Shown here piece after piece: positions 9,300 to 18,496 of a DNA stretch of 64,000 bases. Below the pieces are notes generated by a model. That model saw only the letters and a list, made by a program, of their open reading frames with translations. It ran no database searches and was not told the DNA's origin. The translations under genes and the position numbers were made by a program. Origin of the DNA: a virus (lineage: Duplodnaviria; Caudoviricetes); the IMG/VR virus record IMGVR_UViG_3300001598_000050, positions 6,461 through 70,460 of that record. One strand, given 5' to 3'. The number at the start of each line of letters is the position of its first letter. The stretch's first letter is position 1.

Positions 9300-10211
9300 T
9301 CAGCTTTTCTGCACTTTCTTCAAGTAGCTTTCCATTATCCGCCCATGGGCTTCTTTCCCCTGCCACTCGTTTTCTTTTGAAAAGTCTTTCTTTTCACGGG
9401 TCCAGTGACAAAAGTACGGGCATAAATACTTGCCTTCTTCAGGTGCGTTCGGGTTACTGCAGGAGTACTCGCACCACGCGCAAAGCGGTGTCGGATTCGG
9501 TGTGCAGTCTTTGGCATCAATGCCTACAAACAGTTCATCCAGCTTTTTACAGCCACGGGCAATAAATCCTTTAGTCCCGGCATCCTGTGTCAAGTCACAA
9601 AACGGCAAATAATACTGACACTTAATATTTGCTTCGGTGCAATTCCACAATGCTTTTGCAGCCATCGTGTAAACTACAAACTGTAATGGTGTTGTCAGCT
9701 TGTCATGTTCAAGTGGAACCGCATAAGTCTTAATATCCTGAATAACATAGAGGTCTGTAGCTGTATCATAAAAAACTCTGTCAATAAAACCTTTAAACTT
9801 TTTTTCAGGCGCATAATCTATTTCAAACGGCTGTTCAATGCCTACTATTTCATAAGTAGGATGAGCTTTCATAAACTGCTCCAGCTTATAAATACCGGCG
9901 TTCAGATAACCATAAATTTTATCATCATAAGTTCTGTCAGATTTATCTTTTGTATTAAAATCAGCGGCATACTTATGTTTTAGCTCATAAGCCTTTTTTA
10001 TAAAGTTATTTTTCAGTGTTATATAGTCTATTGCAGTACCGTCTTTTAAGCAGTTTGCAATAGCTTCTTCTGTCTCATGTACCAGTGTTCCAAGTTCAGT
10101 TGCAACTGAATTACAAAACAGGTAATGTTTCTCTTCGTATTTTAGTCTGTACTTAAACTGACACTGCTCAAATGTGTCTAGTCGGGAATATGAATATGTT
10201 ACTTCTCCCAT
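9300..10211 (-). CDS. PD-(D/E)XK exonuclease, RecB/Cas4-like with probable Fe-S staple
   Basis: YSYSRLDTFEQCQFKY, GFIDRV...IQDIKT, QFVVY, C-terminal LCAWCEYSC. Confidence 0.85.
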   Translation of the reverse strand: MGEVTYSYSRLDTFEQCQFKYRLKYEEKHYLFCNSVATELGTLVHETEEAIANCLKDGTAIDYITLKNNFIKKAYELKHKYAADFNTKDKSDRTYDDKIYGYLNAGIYKLEQFMKAHPTYEIVGIEQPFEIDYAPEKKFKGFIDRVFYDTATDLYVIQDIKTYAVPLEHDKLTTPLQFVVYTMAAKALWNCTEANIKCQYYLPFCDLTQDAGTKGFIARGCKKLDELFVGIDAKDCTPNPTPLCAWCEYSCSNPNAPEEGKYLCPYFCHWTREKKDFSKENEWQGKEAHGRIMESYLKKVQKS

Positions 10212-10325
10212 TGATGCTAATTCTCCTTATATGGCGTGTTGGGGGCTCCAGGTTGCACTTAATTATCAAATGTGAGTATTTATACTCTACGCGTTCTCGG
10301 GCTTCCTGGGGCTCCGTAGGGCTGC

Positions 10326-11237
10326 TCAGGCATATAAATGACAAATCAAATAATTGATAAAAGTGGGACCCGACATTGTAAGCTTGTTTTCTTTCAGCTT
10401 TACATCTATGCCACTCAGAAAATCAATTGTTTTTATAAGCCAAGGTAGTGAAGTTACCCGGTAGTCTTGTCGCAGATGCCAGGCAGCACCTTTGCTTATA
10501 CCAAGCGCTTCCGGAGTCTTGCCCGACTCAAAATTCAAATATGTAATGTTTTTATAAGTTCTCAGCAGCAGAGTAGTCAGCGCAATAGGATCAAAATCAA
10601 AATTGTTTTTATGCCGCTGCCATACTTCAATTCGTGCGGTGTCTCTTTTAGCAATAGCATCTGCCAGCTCAAAGATTTCCATTGTACACAAGTCTGACAC
10701 ATCTTCAAGCATCAGCTCCATCAAGACCTCATGCTGCTTGGACTCATCAAAAGCTGCAAGTTTGTCCAGCTCATTCACAATACGGTAAATATTGCCTTTT
10801 GTTACTGTATATAAACTGTCTATGTCTGTGTCCAGTAATCCGGGACATTGCATTCTCATAAAATCTTTTACAGCCCAGTCTGTATACTTAGGAATTTTAA
10901 TAACATAATCTTTTACCTGCTGCTCAATCTTTTTATTGATCTTATCACAGATAACTATTATATTTTCGAATTCGTTGTAATCTTCTGCAAATTCGCTGAA
11001 CTCTTCTACTTCGAGAATATTCAGCTTGGCTTCTGACTGAAAGAAAAACTCTGTAGCTGAAGCGCTCGGCTCTAAAAGACTGCTTATATAGTTTTTTACT
11101 TTTCCTGTCTGACTGCAAATCTCACTGATATATTGCTGTGCCAAAAAACGGTTATCCTTTTCTGAGCACTGCCAAATCATAAACTCAGTTGGGCAGTCAT
11201 TTTCTGTGATTCTCTGTTTGAGTTCTGCCAGTTTCAT
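10326..11237 (-). CDS. holA: DNA polymerase III delta-like clamp loader subunit
   Basis: TKGNIYRIVNELDKL and IFELADAIAKRD patterns; last gene of a dnaX-holB-like trio. Confidence 0.6.
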   Translation of the reverse strand: MKLAELKQRITENDCPTEFMIWQCSEKDNRFLAQQYISEICSQTGKVKNYISSLLEPSASATEFFFQSEAKLNILEVEEFSEFAEDYNEFENIIVICDKINKKIEQQVKDYVIKIPKYTDWAVKDFMRMQCPGLLDTDIDSLYTVTKGNIYRIVNELDKLAAFDESKQHEVLMELMLEDVSDLCTMEIFELADAIAKRDTARIEVWQRHKNNFDFDPIALTTLLLRTYKNITYLNFESGKTPEALGISKGAAWHLRQDYRVTSLPWLIKTIDFLSGIDVKLKENKLTMSGPTFINYLICHLYA

Positions 11238-11238
11238 A

Positions 11239-12018
11239 TTACCTCGCCTGTTGCCAGATCTCTGACAACATATTCAGAATCAAATTCTCTTTAACTAGTT
11301 TTTTATCGACCATCTGCTGGCAATGTCTGTTTACAATTTGATAAATCTTCAAAGCTCTTACAGAATTTGTATCACGGTACTGCTCAAAAGCTGCATACTG
11401 AAAAGTCCGCAGAAACAAATCAAAATCAAACTTATCATACTCTTCTTTATAATTTATCAAAGTTGCAACAGACAGTGTATTAGCATAATTAGCTGTTGAA
11501 ATAGTTACAATAGCCTGAGTCTTTTTGTACAGGTCTGTGAAAGTTCTGTAGTCTACTGTCATCAGCTGACCAGGTGTTCTGCATACTTCATAGATCTTTT
11601 CATCAGGATAAATTCTGATATATTTAAGCTCTGCCTTAGTATACGGTTCCATATGCAGTTTCAGGCAGCGATTAAGTACTGTTGAAAGTACTGTAAACTC
11701 TGTTTCTGCCTGTAGAGCAATAAAGTTATTTTTAGCAGGATCTTCAATAAACTTCAGGAATATATTCTGCTGTTTACTGTCTATCTGTGTCAAATCAATA
11801 GAATACATCTTTTTAACTGGGCAAAGTCTGTACTCGTCCAGGTCTTCTGCTGTGGTATCTGCAGTAATCAGCACAACAGGCAGGTCAAATCTGTCCGCCA
11901 GCCATTTTGTAATAGTCTTTTTACCAGAGCCTGCTTCACCTAAAAATAAGATAGTCTTAGGCAAAGTCTCAATAGTATACGCAGACAGTTTATTTATAAG
12001 ATTCGTCTGTCCAATCAT
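11239..12018 (-). CDS. holB: DNA polymerase III delta-prime-like clamp loader subunit
   Basis: MIGQ start, degenerate Walker A LFLGEAGSGKKT, FLKFIEDP, TVLNRC (SRC-equivalent). Confidence 0.7.
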   Translation of the reverse strand: MIGQTNLINKLSAYTIETLPKTILFLGEAGSGKKTITKWLADRFDLPVVLITADTTAEDLDEYRLCPVKKMYSIDLTQIDSKQQNIFLKFIEDPAKNNFIALQAETEFTVLSTVLNRCLKLHMEPYTKAELKYIRIYPDEKIYEVCRTPGQLMTVDYRTFTDLYKKTQAIVTISTANYANTLSVATLINYKEEYDKFDFDLFLRTFQYAAFEQYRDTNSVRALKIYQIVNRHCQQMVDKKLVKENLILNMLSEIWQQAR

Positions 12019-13049
12019 TTTATTTCTCTCATCGCCTGCAACAGCATAATTTCAATAGTAGACTTATAAGCTACGTCATTTTTGATTGCAGCTTTAATTT
12101 CAAGCACCTTGTCCGCAAGACTGTTAAAGACCTGCAGAGCATTATCAATTTTTACTGTAAATTGTACTGCAGGATTGTCTTCTGTTGCAAGATAGCTCGG
12201 GATTGATGTAAACTTAATATCATTGAACAGAATAAACTTTGCAAGGTCAATCACAAACTCTAAATACAAGTTTATGAAAGCACGTAAATCCTGGCCGGTT
12301 GCATCAAGGTCTTCAATGATACTGAATAGCTCTTTTTCATTCTTCTGTGTAATTGCCCACGTCAGCTTAAACATAGTCTCATATGAAAGTCCTCCGAGAA
12401 TCTTTTTGGCCACTTCAAGATTTATGTCAGTAGAATAGTCAGCAATCTGATCAAGATAAGACAGTGCATCACGCATGCCGCCCTGAGATACTTTGGAGAC
12501 ATACTCGCAGGTCTCTGTATAATTCGTAAAGCCTTCCTGTTGACAAACATATAAAAGTCTGTTCTTAATGTCTTCCTGCGAAAGCTTAGACAAATTAAAA
12601 CGCTGAAGTCTATTCAAAATAGTTTCAGGAATCTTCTGCGGGTCAGTTGTGCAAAATATAAAAATTGTATACTTTGGAGGTTCTTCCAATGTCTTCAGAA
12701 ATGCGTTCCAGGCAGCTGTAGTCAGCATATGACATTCATCAAGCAGATAGACCTTGTATTCACCCACAACAGCTCTTCTGCTGGCGTCTTCAATAATAGC
12801 TCTGATGTTATCTACTGAGTTATTTGAAGCCGCATCTATTTCTATTGGGTCGCCAATTCCATGATTTACTTCATTGGCTATAATTCTACCCGTAGTAGTT
12901 TTACCGACACCAGAACTTCCTGTGAGCAGAATACAGTTCTTCAGCTTACCTTCTGCTAAAACTTTCTTTAGAATTGTAGTAGTAATAGTCTGTCCTACAA
13001 CTTCATCAAAAGTCTTAGGACGATACTTTACAGCAAGAGTTGTTCTCAT
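12015..13049 (-). CDS. dnaX: DNA polymerase III gamma/tau-like clamp loader ATPase
   Basis: LAVKYRPKTFDEVVGQ, GSSGVGKTT, EIDAASNNSVDNIR, VYLLDECHML, FLKTLEEPP, GGMRDALS. Confidence 0.95.
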   Translation of the reverse strand: MRTTLAVKYRPKTFDEVVGQTITTTILKKVLAEGKLKNCILLTGSSGVGKTTTGRIIANEVNHGIGDPIEIDAASNNSVDNIRAIIEDASRRAVVGEYKVYLLDECHMLTTAAWNAFLKTLEEPPKYTIFIFCTTDPQKIPETILNRLQRFNLSKLSQEDIKNRLLYVCQQEGFTNYTETCEYVSKVSQGGMRDALSYLDQIADYSTDINLEVAKKILGGLSYETMFKLTWAITQKNEKELFSIIEDLDATGQDLRAFINLYLEFVIDLAKFILFNDIKFTSIPSYLATEDNPAVQFTVKIDNALQVFNSLADKVLEIKAAIKNDVAYKSTIEIMLLQAMREIK

Positions 13050-13063
13050 TTTTCTTTCCTTTC

Positions 13064-13426
13064 TTATAGTGCAGCAACTTGTGTCAGCTTTTTAGTGTCA
13101 AGCCAGCCTGACCACATGGTCTGTCCGTCAGTTTTTGTTTCCCAGTTAAATTCAAGCGCATCTACAAATATCAGCTGTCCTAAGACCTTGCTCACATATG
13201 CTTTATAATATTCTGTAGTAGGGCAGGTTCCGTGATTGTAATTAACAGCAAGTAGTGAATCAGGCCGATTAATTATTTCGGCAGGCAATTTTAAAAGATA
13301 ACAATGATTAAGCTGATAAGTAGCCTTCTGATAACACGGAATAATACATTCACCCGTCTTAGAGTCAAACTGAGCTAAATTAGCCCAGACACACGCTTTA
13401 AGCCGATCTTCTATAATTTTTCGCAT
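13064..13426 (-). CDS. hypothetical protein
   Basis: 120-aa ORF between a promoter cassette and dnaX. Confidence 0.7.
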   Translation of the reverse strand: MRKIIEDRLKACVWANLAQFDSKTGECIIPCYQKATYQLNHCYLLKLPAEIINRPDSLLAVNYNHGTCPTTEYYKAYVSKVLGQLIFVDALEFNWETKTDGQTMWSGWLDTKKLTQVAAL

Positions 13427-13458
13427 AATAACTCCTGTAAAAAAATACTTCTCTATAT

Positions 13459-13496
13459 ATAATACAATAAAGAGGACCTGAATTACTCAAGTCCTC
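13459..13496 (-). promoter_or_regulatory. fused terminator hairpin and extended -10 promoter
   Basis: GAGGAC-loop-GTCCTC-TTTATTG-TATTAT. Confidence 0.6.
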
Positions 13497-13512
13497 AATG
13501 TTTTTATTGGTT

Positions 13513-14109
13513 TTAGACTCTTCTGAAAATTGAGTCATCCGCGGGTTTAAACTCTTTCTGCCATTCTCGTTTAACAACTGTAAAACCTGGAATTTTCAAA
13601 TCAGTTATCAGCTTGTCAATATCAATGCCCTCATATTTTGCGACAGCAGCCGGAAATACATAAATACGATTATTATTAAGATTTGCCAATTCTTTATGAT
13701 ATTTACCTTGGGTAATTTCTAGCAGAGCAAGTCTATCCTGCTTATTTTTAATTGAAATATTCAGTCCTGAAATGACCCCACACAAAACCTTAACTGCATT
13801 TTCAGAAGCATTTTTCAGAAACTGAACAAGTTCGATCGCATTTGTATATACATAAATATTCCGAATATTAGGATAATGCATTCTTAAATATTTAGCAACT
13901 GCTACCGGATTACCATAAGCAAATGGTTCACCGCCAGTAAGGAAGATATTTTCTGCATTACCGAGCTCTTCTTTTGTTACTGTGGTTACTTCATCCCAGC
14001 TGTAGCAGTTGTTGCAGCAATATGGACAGTTTCTGTCACAAAGTGTTGTTATAGCCAAGTGAATATTTTTTTCTGTTTTTTCGGTTTTTTCATTAAGGCA
14101 CTTATTCAT
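13513..14109 (-). CDS. radical SAM protein, function unknown
   Basis: CDRNCPYC CxxxCxxC motif, FLTGGEPF, VYTNA. Confidence 0.85.
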   Translation of the reverse strand: MNKCLNEKTEKTEKNIHLAITTLCDRNCPYCCNNCYSWDEVTTVTKEELGNAENIFLTGGEPFAYGNPVAVAKYLRMHYPNIRNIYVYTNAIELVQFLKNASENAVKVLCGVISGLNISIKNKQDRLALLEITQGKYHKELANLNNNRIYVFPAAVAKYEGIDIDKLITDLKIPGFTVVKREWQKEFKPADDSIFRRV

Positions 14110-14399
14110 TACTTGTCCAAATCCTTATCATCTTCTCTTATAAATTTTACAATCTTTCCGGAAAACGGCTCAGGTGTGATGCAATATAAATGTCTGAAAT
14201 TAGTATGTGCATAAACCATGCCAAGAACTGATTTAGCATCAAGTCTCATTCCATGACCATCACGACTATCCGCAATTTCTACCTTAAATGGAACTGTCGC
14301 TACAATCTTAGCAAATTCAAGCCAGTCCTCTCCAGTATTAAGCGCAATAGGCACTCTGTATTCCTGTTTTTTTACTTTATCTGATTTTACCCAATTCAT
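14109..14399 (-). CDS. HPr-like protein
   Basis: LDAKSVLGM matches the HPr Ser46 motif (VDAKSILG); no His15 motif visible. Confidence 0.6.
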   Translation of the reverse strand: MNWVKSDKVKKQEYRVPIALNTGEDWLEFAKIVATVPFKVEIADSRDGHGMRLDAKSVLGMVYAHTNFRHLYCITPEPFSGKIVKFIREDDKDLDK

Positions 14400-14434
14400 T
14401 TTGTTTTGTTCCTTTCAATTATTTTCATCAACAT

Positions 14435-14472
14435 ATTATACAATAAAAGAGGCCTATATTTCAAGGCCTCTT
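14435..14472 (-). promoter_or_regulatory. fused terminator hairpin and sigmaA-like promoter
   Basis: AAGAGGCC-TTGAAATATA-GGCCTCTT; TTGAAA in the loop lies 18 nt before TATAAT, with an extended TG. Confidence 0.65.
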
Positions 14473-14509
14473 GATGATTATTTGTAATTTTTATCCTTTC
14501 AAAAATAAA

Positions 14510-15061
14510 TTATCTAATTACTGCAATCTGGCAGCTTTCCATTACACTAAGGGCTGCTTCATGTTTCTCAGGGGTAAGTCCTGCACAAAGATTTGCATAT
14601 ACATGCACATTAGCATCAGGTACAGCAGTCTTAATTCCAAGAGCATTTGAAATTACACAGATGTCTGTTACGGTACCACAGATATATACATCAAGTATAT
14701 CATCATCAGTAACATTATAACCATCACCAAGATTGCAGAAATAATCACGCCAGCCTTCATACCCGAACGTTTCTTTATTAATATGATCAAAGTCTGTTTT
14801 ACTTCTGATAAGCTCTGACATAATATCCTTCTGAGTATTCCAGCCGTCACTGCCGAAAATAGCATGCTCGACAGGAAGGTGTTTGCCTTCATTTGTTTTA
14901 AGATAGTCACCATGATGTGTATCACGTGTGGCTACAATGTGATCAAACTTTTCTGTTTTTAGCAGATTCACAATTCCAGGTACAATAGCTTCAGCTGCAG
15001 GATTTGCAAGCGAGCCATTAATAAAATCATTCTGCATGTCTACAATTACCAATACTTTCAT
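14510..15061 (-). CDS. pncA: nicotinamidase (cysteine hydrolase)
   Basis: VIVDMQNDF, TRDTH, KETFG, GTVTDICVISNA giving the Asp-Lys-Cys triad; NAD gene neighbourhood. Confidence 0.88.
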   Translation of the reverse strand: MKVLVIVDMQNDFINGSLANPAAEAIVPGIVNLLKTEKFDHIVATRDTHHGDYLKTNEGKHLPVEHAIFGSDGWNTQKDIMSELIRSKTDFDHINKETFGYEGWRDYFCNLGDGYNVTDDDILDVYICGTVTDICVISNALGIKTAVPDANVHVYANLCAGLTPEKHEAALSVMESCQIAVIR

Positions 15062-15862
15062 TTATTCGTTTCCTTTCAGGTTAATTCCGAGTAAGTTAGT
15101 TTCTACAACCGGAAGATTCGGTTCAAAAAATTCTATTGGATTACGCTTAAATGCACTTCGCTTATGCATTTCATAAATCTTAAGTTCATCTTCAATATTA
15201 TCAGCTTGTCCAAGTCTAATATAGCGATCAAGAGAAGCATAAGTAAAACCAAACTTATCTTCGTCGGTTTTGCCGCAAAGACCATCAGAAGGTGTCTTTT
15301 TTGTCCAGCAATCCGAAATACCGAGTGCATCACCAATAGCCACAACTTCGCTGGCAGTCAGTTTTGCAAGAGGCGAGAAATCACCAACTGAATCACCCCA
15401 GCGAGTTTCCCAGCCAATAAATGTTTCAGACAGATTGCAGGTATTAGCAACTCTGCCGTTAAAGCACTGAGCTACTGCATAAAGCAAAGACATTCTGATT
15501 CTGGGCGGAAGGTTCTGTGTCATCTGCTTTGTAAACTGAATATTAGCACCAACCAAAAGGCTCCCGAAAGCCGTCGTAATGTCCTTGATATTAAGCTCAT
15601 ATGATTTTATACCAAGTTCCTTTACAATGGCTCTGGAGTCATCTATATCGTCCTGACGGCCGTCTGGAATAAGTACTCCGATAACTCTGTCAGGACCAAT
15701 AGCTTCTGCACAAAGTTTTGCAACAACAGTAGAATCCTTGCCGCCTGAAATTCCAAGAACAACCGGTGAATCAGGACCGTTATCTGCAAACCAATCACGA
15801 ATCCAGGCAATCAGGTTTTTAGTAACAATTTTTGCATCAAAAGTATCTTGTGTGAAATACAT
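15062..15862 (-). CDS. nadE: NH3-dependent NAD+ synthetase
   Basis: VLGISGGKDS, NLPPRIRMSLLY, TCNLSE, KTPSDGL, AFKR; no glutaminase domain. Confidence 0.93.
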   Translation of the reverse strand: MYFTQDTFDAKIVTKNLIAWIRDWFADNGPDSPVVLGISGGKDSTVVAKLCAEAIGPDRVIGVLIPDGRQDDIDDSRAIVKELGIKSYELNIKDITTAFGSLLVGANIQFTKQMTQNLPPRIRMSLLYAVAQCFNGRVANTCNLSETFIGWETRWGDSVGDFSPLAKLTASEVVAIGDALGISDCWTKKTPSDGLCGKTDEDKFGFTYASLDRYIRLGQADNIEDELKIYEMHKRSAFKRNPIEFFEPNLPVVETNLLGINLKGNE

Positions 15863-15889
15863 TAGATTAATGTCTCCTTATACCTATGA

Positions 15890-17122
15890 TTAGAAGTTGT
15901 GTGCCGCCATCTTAGAACAGACTCGCTGCGAAGGTCTAAGAACTGTATTAGAATCCAGCTGACCGGCGTATTGGGCTATACTATTAAAATTAAAAGGCAG
16001 AGTGTAGTCAAAATTATTTTGACGAACAATACTTATTTTTTTAATATTAGCTTCTGTGTAATACGGAGAATCTGTATCATAGCTTTTTTCATTACTAAAT
16101 GTGCATTTATTTAGCTTACTTGGATCAAGTTCAAACTCGATTTGATTATTACCTCTGACTAAGTGTAAATCTGCTGGATTAAATGTTATATGACAGACCA
16201 TAGCGCCATCAGCAGTAACTACATGACGTGTCAGTGAGTTTTCATTAAAAGGCATATAAAAATCATCCGTGAAAACTGTACCATCATCTAAAATTAATGA
16301 GCAATCAAATAGAATTCTGTTTGAGCCATATTTTATATTTAAATCATTTAAAGTTTCCTGAGCAGAATAGCCTAAATTAAGCTCAAACACTATCGCACGC
16401 AAAATATCATATGTCATCTCCTGCTGTGCAGAATATGCCAAAATCGCTGATATTTCTGAATAATAGCTTTCATTTAAATTATCTTTAAGGTAGTCTTCTA
16501 TAGCATCCAAACTTAAAAAACCTAGCTCAAAATGATAATGAAAACGTCCGGGACGTCCAAGCAGACAATTATGTAGCTTATCAATATCATTACAAGTAAT
16601 TACAAAAAGTTTTTTGCCACCGTCCGTTCCATCGAACATAGACAGTAATTCTCCCTGCAAGTCAGTATTTTCCTCACCGCTGTTATCGCGAGTGCTAAAA
16701 GTCTTTTCAAACTCATCAAATATGACAAGAACTTCTTGCTGAATAGAACTAAGGAAGTCAGCAATGCCGGGCGTGTACTCATTTACTATAATTGTAGGAA
16801 GACCTGTAGCAGCAGCTTTCATAGACAGCTGACGAGCAAACAGAGATTTTCTGGCGCCTTTTTCGCCAGATAAGATTATACCAAAATTTCGAGTTGCTAT
16901 TGAAAAACCTCTCAAAACTTTTTCAATCTTCTCATTAGTAGCACCATAAATCTTTTTTTCTGTAATAACAAAATCTGGCTGCTTAAAAAGCTGAAAGCCT
17001 GCAAGTTGATTAAAAGCTACCTTATAAGTTCCAATAGGAAGCTTTTGATGCATCGTAATAGAATCTCCATAAACTCTGTAGCAATCATTTGCCTGAACAA
17101 TATTCATTTTCTTTTCCTCCAA
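15890..17122 (-). CDS. AAA+ ATPase with altered P-loop
   Basis: GIILSGEKGARKS (expected GxxGxGKS), Walker B LVIFDEFEK, RPGRFHY. Confidence 0.8.
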   Translation of the reverse strand: MEEKKMNIVQANDCYRVYGDSITMHQKLPIGTYKVAFNQLAGFQLFKQPDFVITEKKIYGATNEKIEKVLRGFSIATRNFGIILSGEKGARKSLFARQLSMKAAATGLPTIIVNEYTPGIADFLSSIQQEVLVIFDEFEKTFSTRDNSGEENTDLQGELLSMFDGTDGGKKLFVITCNDIDKLHNCLLGRPGRFHYHFELGFLSLDAIEDYLKDNLNESYYSEISAILAYSAQQEMTYDILRAIVFELNLGYSAQETLNDLNIKYGSNRILFDCSLILDDGTVFTDDFYMPFNENSLTRHVVTADGAMVCHITFNPADLHLVRGNNQIEFELDPSKLNKCTFSNEKSYDTDSPYYTEANIKKISIVRQNNFDYTLPFNFNSIAQYAGQLDSNTVLRPSQRVCSKMAAHNF

Positions 17123-17124
17123 TT

Positions 17125-17679
17125 TTAGGTCAAAAGACCATAGACATCTTTAAGTATACTATATAATACAATGTATTTGTCGTGAATTTCATACGGTACA
17201 AGATTTTTCCAAGCTTCTTCTTGATTATCTAACATAAGTCTTCTGCAATCTGATGCTGAAATCTTAATATTATTTCTTGCAATTCTCAGTTCATCCATTT
17301 TAGGTGCAAGTTCATCAGTAAACCAAGAAGCTCTCTCTTTTTCACAGCCGGTAATATACAAATCTGGCTGCTTATGAAATTCGCCTTCAAATGTATTTAA
17401 TACATATTTACCCCAAATATCATTATTGCCAGCACCAATATCAGGCAAAGGTCTTATTAAAAGCTGCTTTGAAGCTACTTGTACTGAAAATACCGCTTCA
17501 AGCATTTCTTTTCTGAGCGTAAACGGAAATGGATTTGTTCGTGTATCACTTTCCTGTGAAGAACCTACATAAACAACCACTCTGTTACATATTTCAAGAG
17601 CATGTTCAATAATTGCTTTATGCCCTAAATGTAAGGTCTGAAAACGACCTACCACTAATCCTAAATCGTATAATTTCAT
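17125..17679 (-). CDS. nicotinamide/nicotinate mononucleotide adenylyltransferase (NadM/NadR-N-like)
   Basis: VVGRFQTLHLGH (HxGH), VGSSQ, NPFPF, ISASDCR. Confidence 0.88.
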   Translation of the reverse strand: MKLYDLGLVVGRFQTLHLGHKAIIEHALEICNRVVVYVGSSQESDTRTNPFPFTLRKEMLEAVFSVQVASKQLLIRPLPDIGAGNNDIWGKYVLNTFEGEFHKQPDLYITGCEKERASWFTDELAPKMDELRIARNNIKISASDCRRLMLDNQEEAWKNLVPYEIHDKYIVLYSILKDVYGLLT

Positions 17680-17734
17680 TTAGTTATCCTCTTTGCCAAT
17701 CGATATCTTCAATCCAACGTACAGTAATGCATGA

Positions 17735-18118
17735 CTATTCAATATAGCGGGCGCGTTCATATTCCACAACGTAATGCCTGTCCGCAGATTCAAATTTTTC
17801 TTTTATTCTTGTGTAAAGATAATAAAATGCATCTTCATATGCGAGAAACTCCGCATAACATTCGTCGTTTTTAATTGTAGGATGAAAAGTATTGTATAAG
17901 TGGTGTACATATCCTTCAATACTTAAAGTTGCAGTTGGAACTGGTTCATCACTAACAGCTATTTGGTCTTGAAGAAAATTACAACAACTTGAAAGCTCTA
18001 TATTAAACAGGAAAGATAGCCACTTTACACGTCTCTTATGACTTTTTTCTTTTTTCAGTTTAAGTTTAGACTCGTTATCCAATGCTTCTTCTTTTAGCTT
18101 AGTATAAGTTTTAATCAT
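17735..18118 (-). CDS. hypothetical protein; frame continues past the TAG to a TAA at 17684
   Basis: 127-aa ORF; after the TAG the same frame reads SCITVRWIEDIDWQRG-TAA, ending 4 nt before the next start. Confidence 0.6.
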   Translation of the reverse strand: MIKTYTKLKEEALDNESKLKLKKEKSHKRRVKWLSFLFNIELSSCCNFLQDQIAVSDEPVPTATLSIEGYVHHLYNTFHPTIKNDECYAEFLAYEDAFYYLYTRIKEKFESADRHYVVEYERARYIE

Positions 18119-18496
18119 TTAGTTATCCTCTGTGTGAACAACCGCATACAAAGTATAATACTTTGCTACGTCAGTATTTCCAAGCAGGAATTCTCTATAA
18201 TTTAATGGGGTACATAAAACCAGTATGTCATGTTTTTCATCTTTTATAGAACTTGCCCAAGTATCTTCGAGGAAATTAGGGTCATTCACAGAGGCATATT
18301 TACACTCATAAAAGACATTTTTTCCGCTAGGAAGTAATATTTCACCTTGAATTTTGTCTACATAACAAATATTATAACCCCTTCTCTCCATATGTTTAAT
18401 TGCAAAGTCTGCCCACCCGAGTAAATTTTCACACATATCATCAAAAAATCTATGTAAACACTTTCTATAATATGTGCTCGTTACATTATTATTCAT
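18119..18496 (-). CDS. hypothetical protein
   Basis: start moved to MNNNVT at 18496, overlapping the pncB stop. Confidence 0.65.
   Translation of the reverse strand: MNNNVTSTYYRKCLHRFFDDMCENLLGWADFAIKHMERRGYNICYVDKIQGEILLPSGKNVFYECKYASVNDPNFLEDTWASSIKDEKHDILVLCTPLNYREFLLGNTDVAKYYTLYAVVHTEDN

Noticed and set aside
9300-10211. CRISPR-Cas locus suggested by the Cas4-like nuclease
   Set aside because: No repeat-spacer array or other cas genes seen; stand-alone Cas4/RecB-like nucleases are common in phages.
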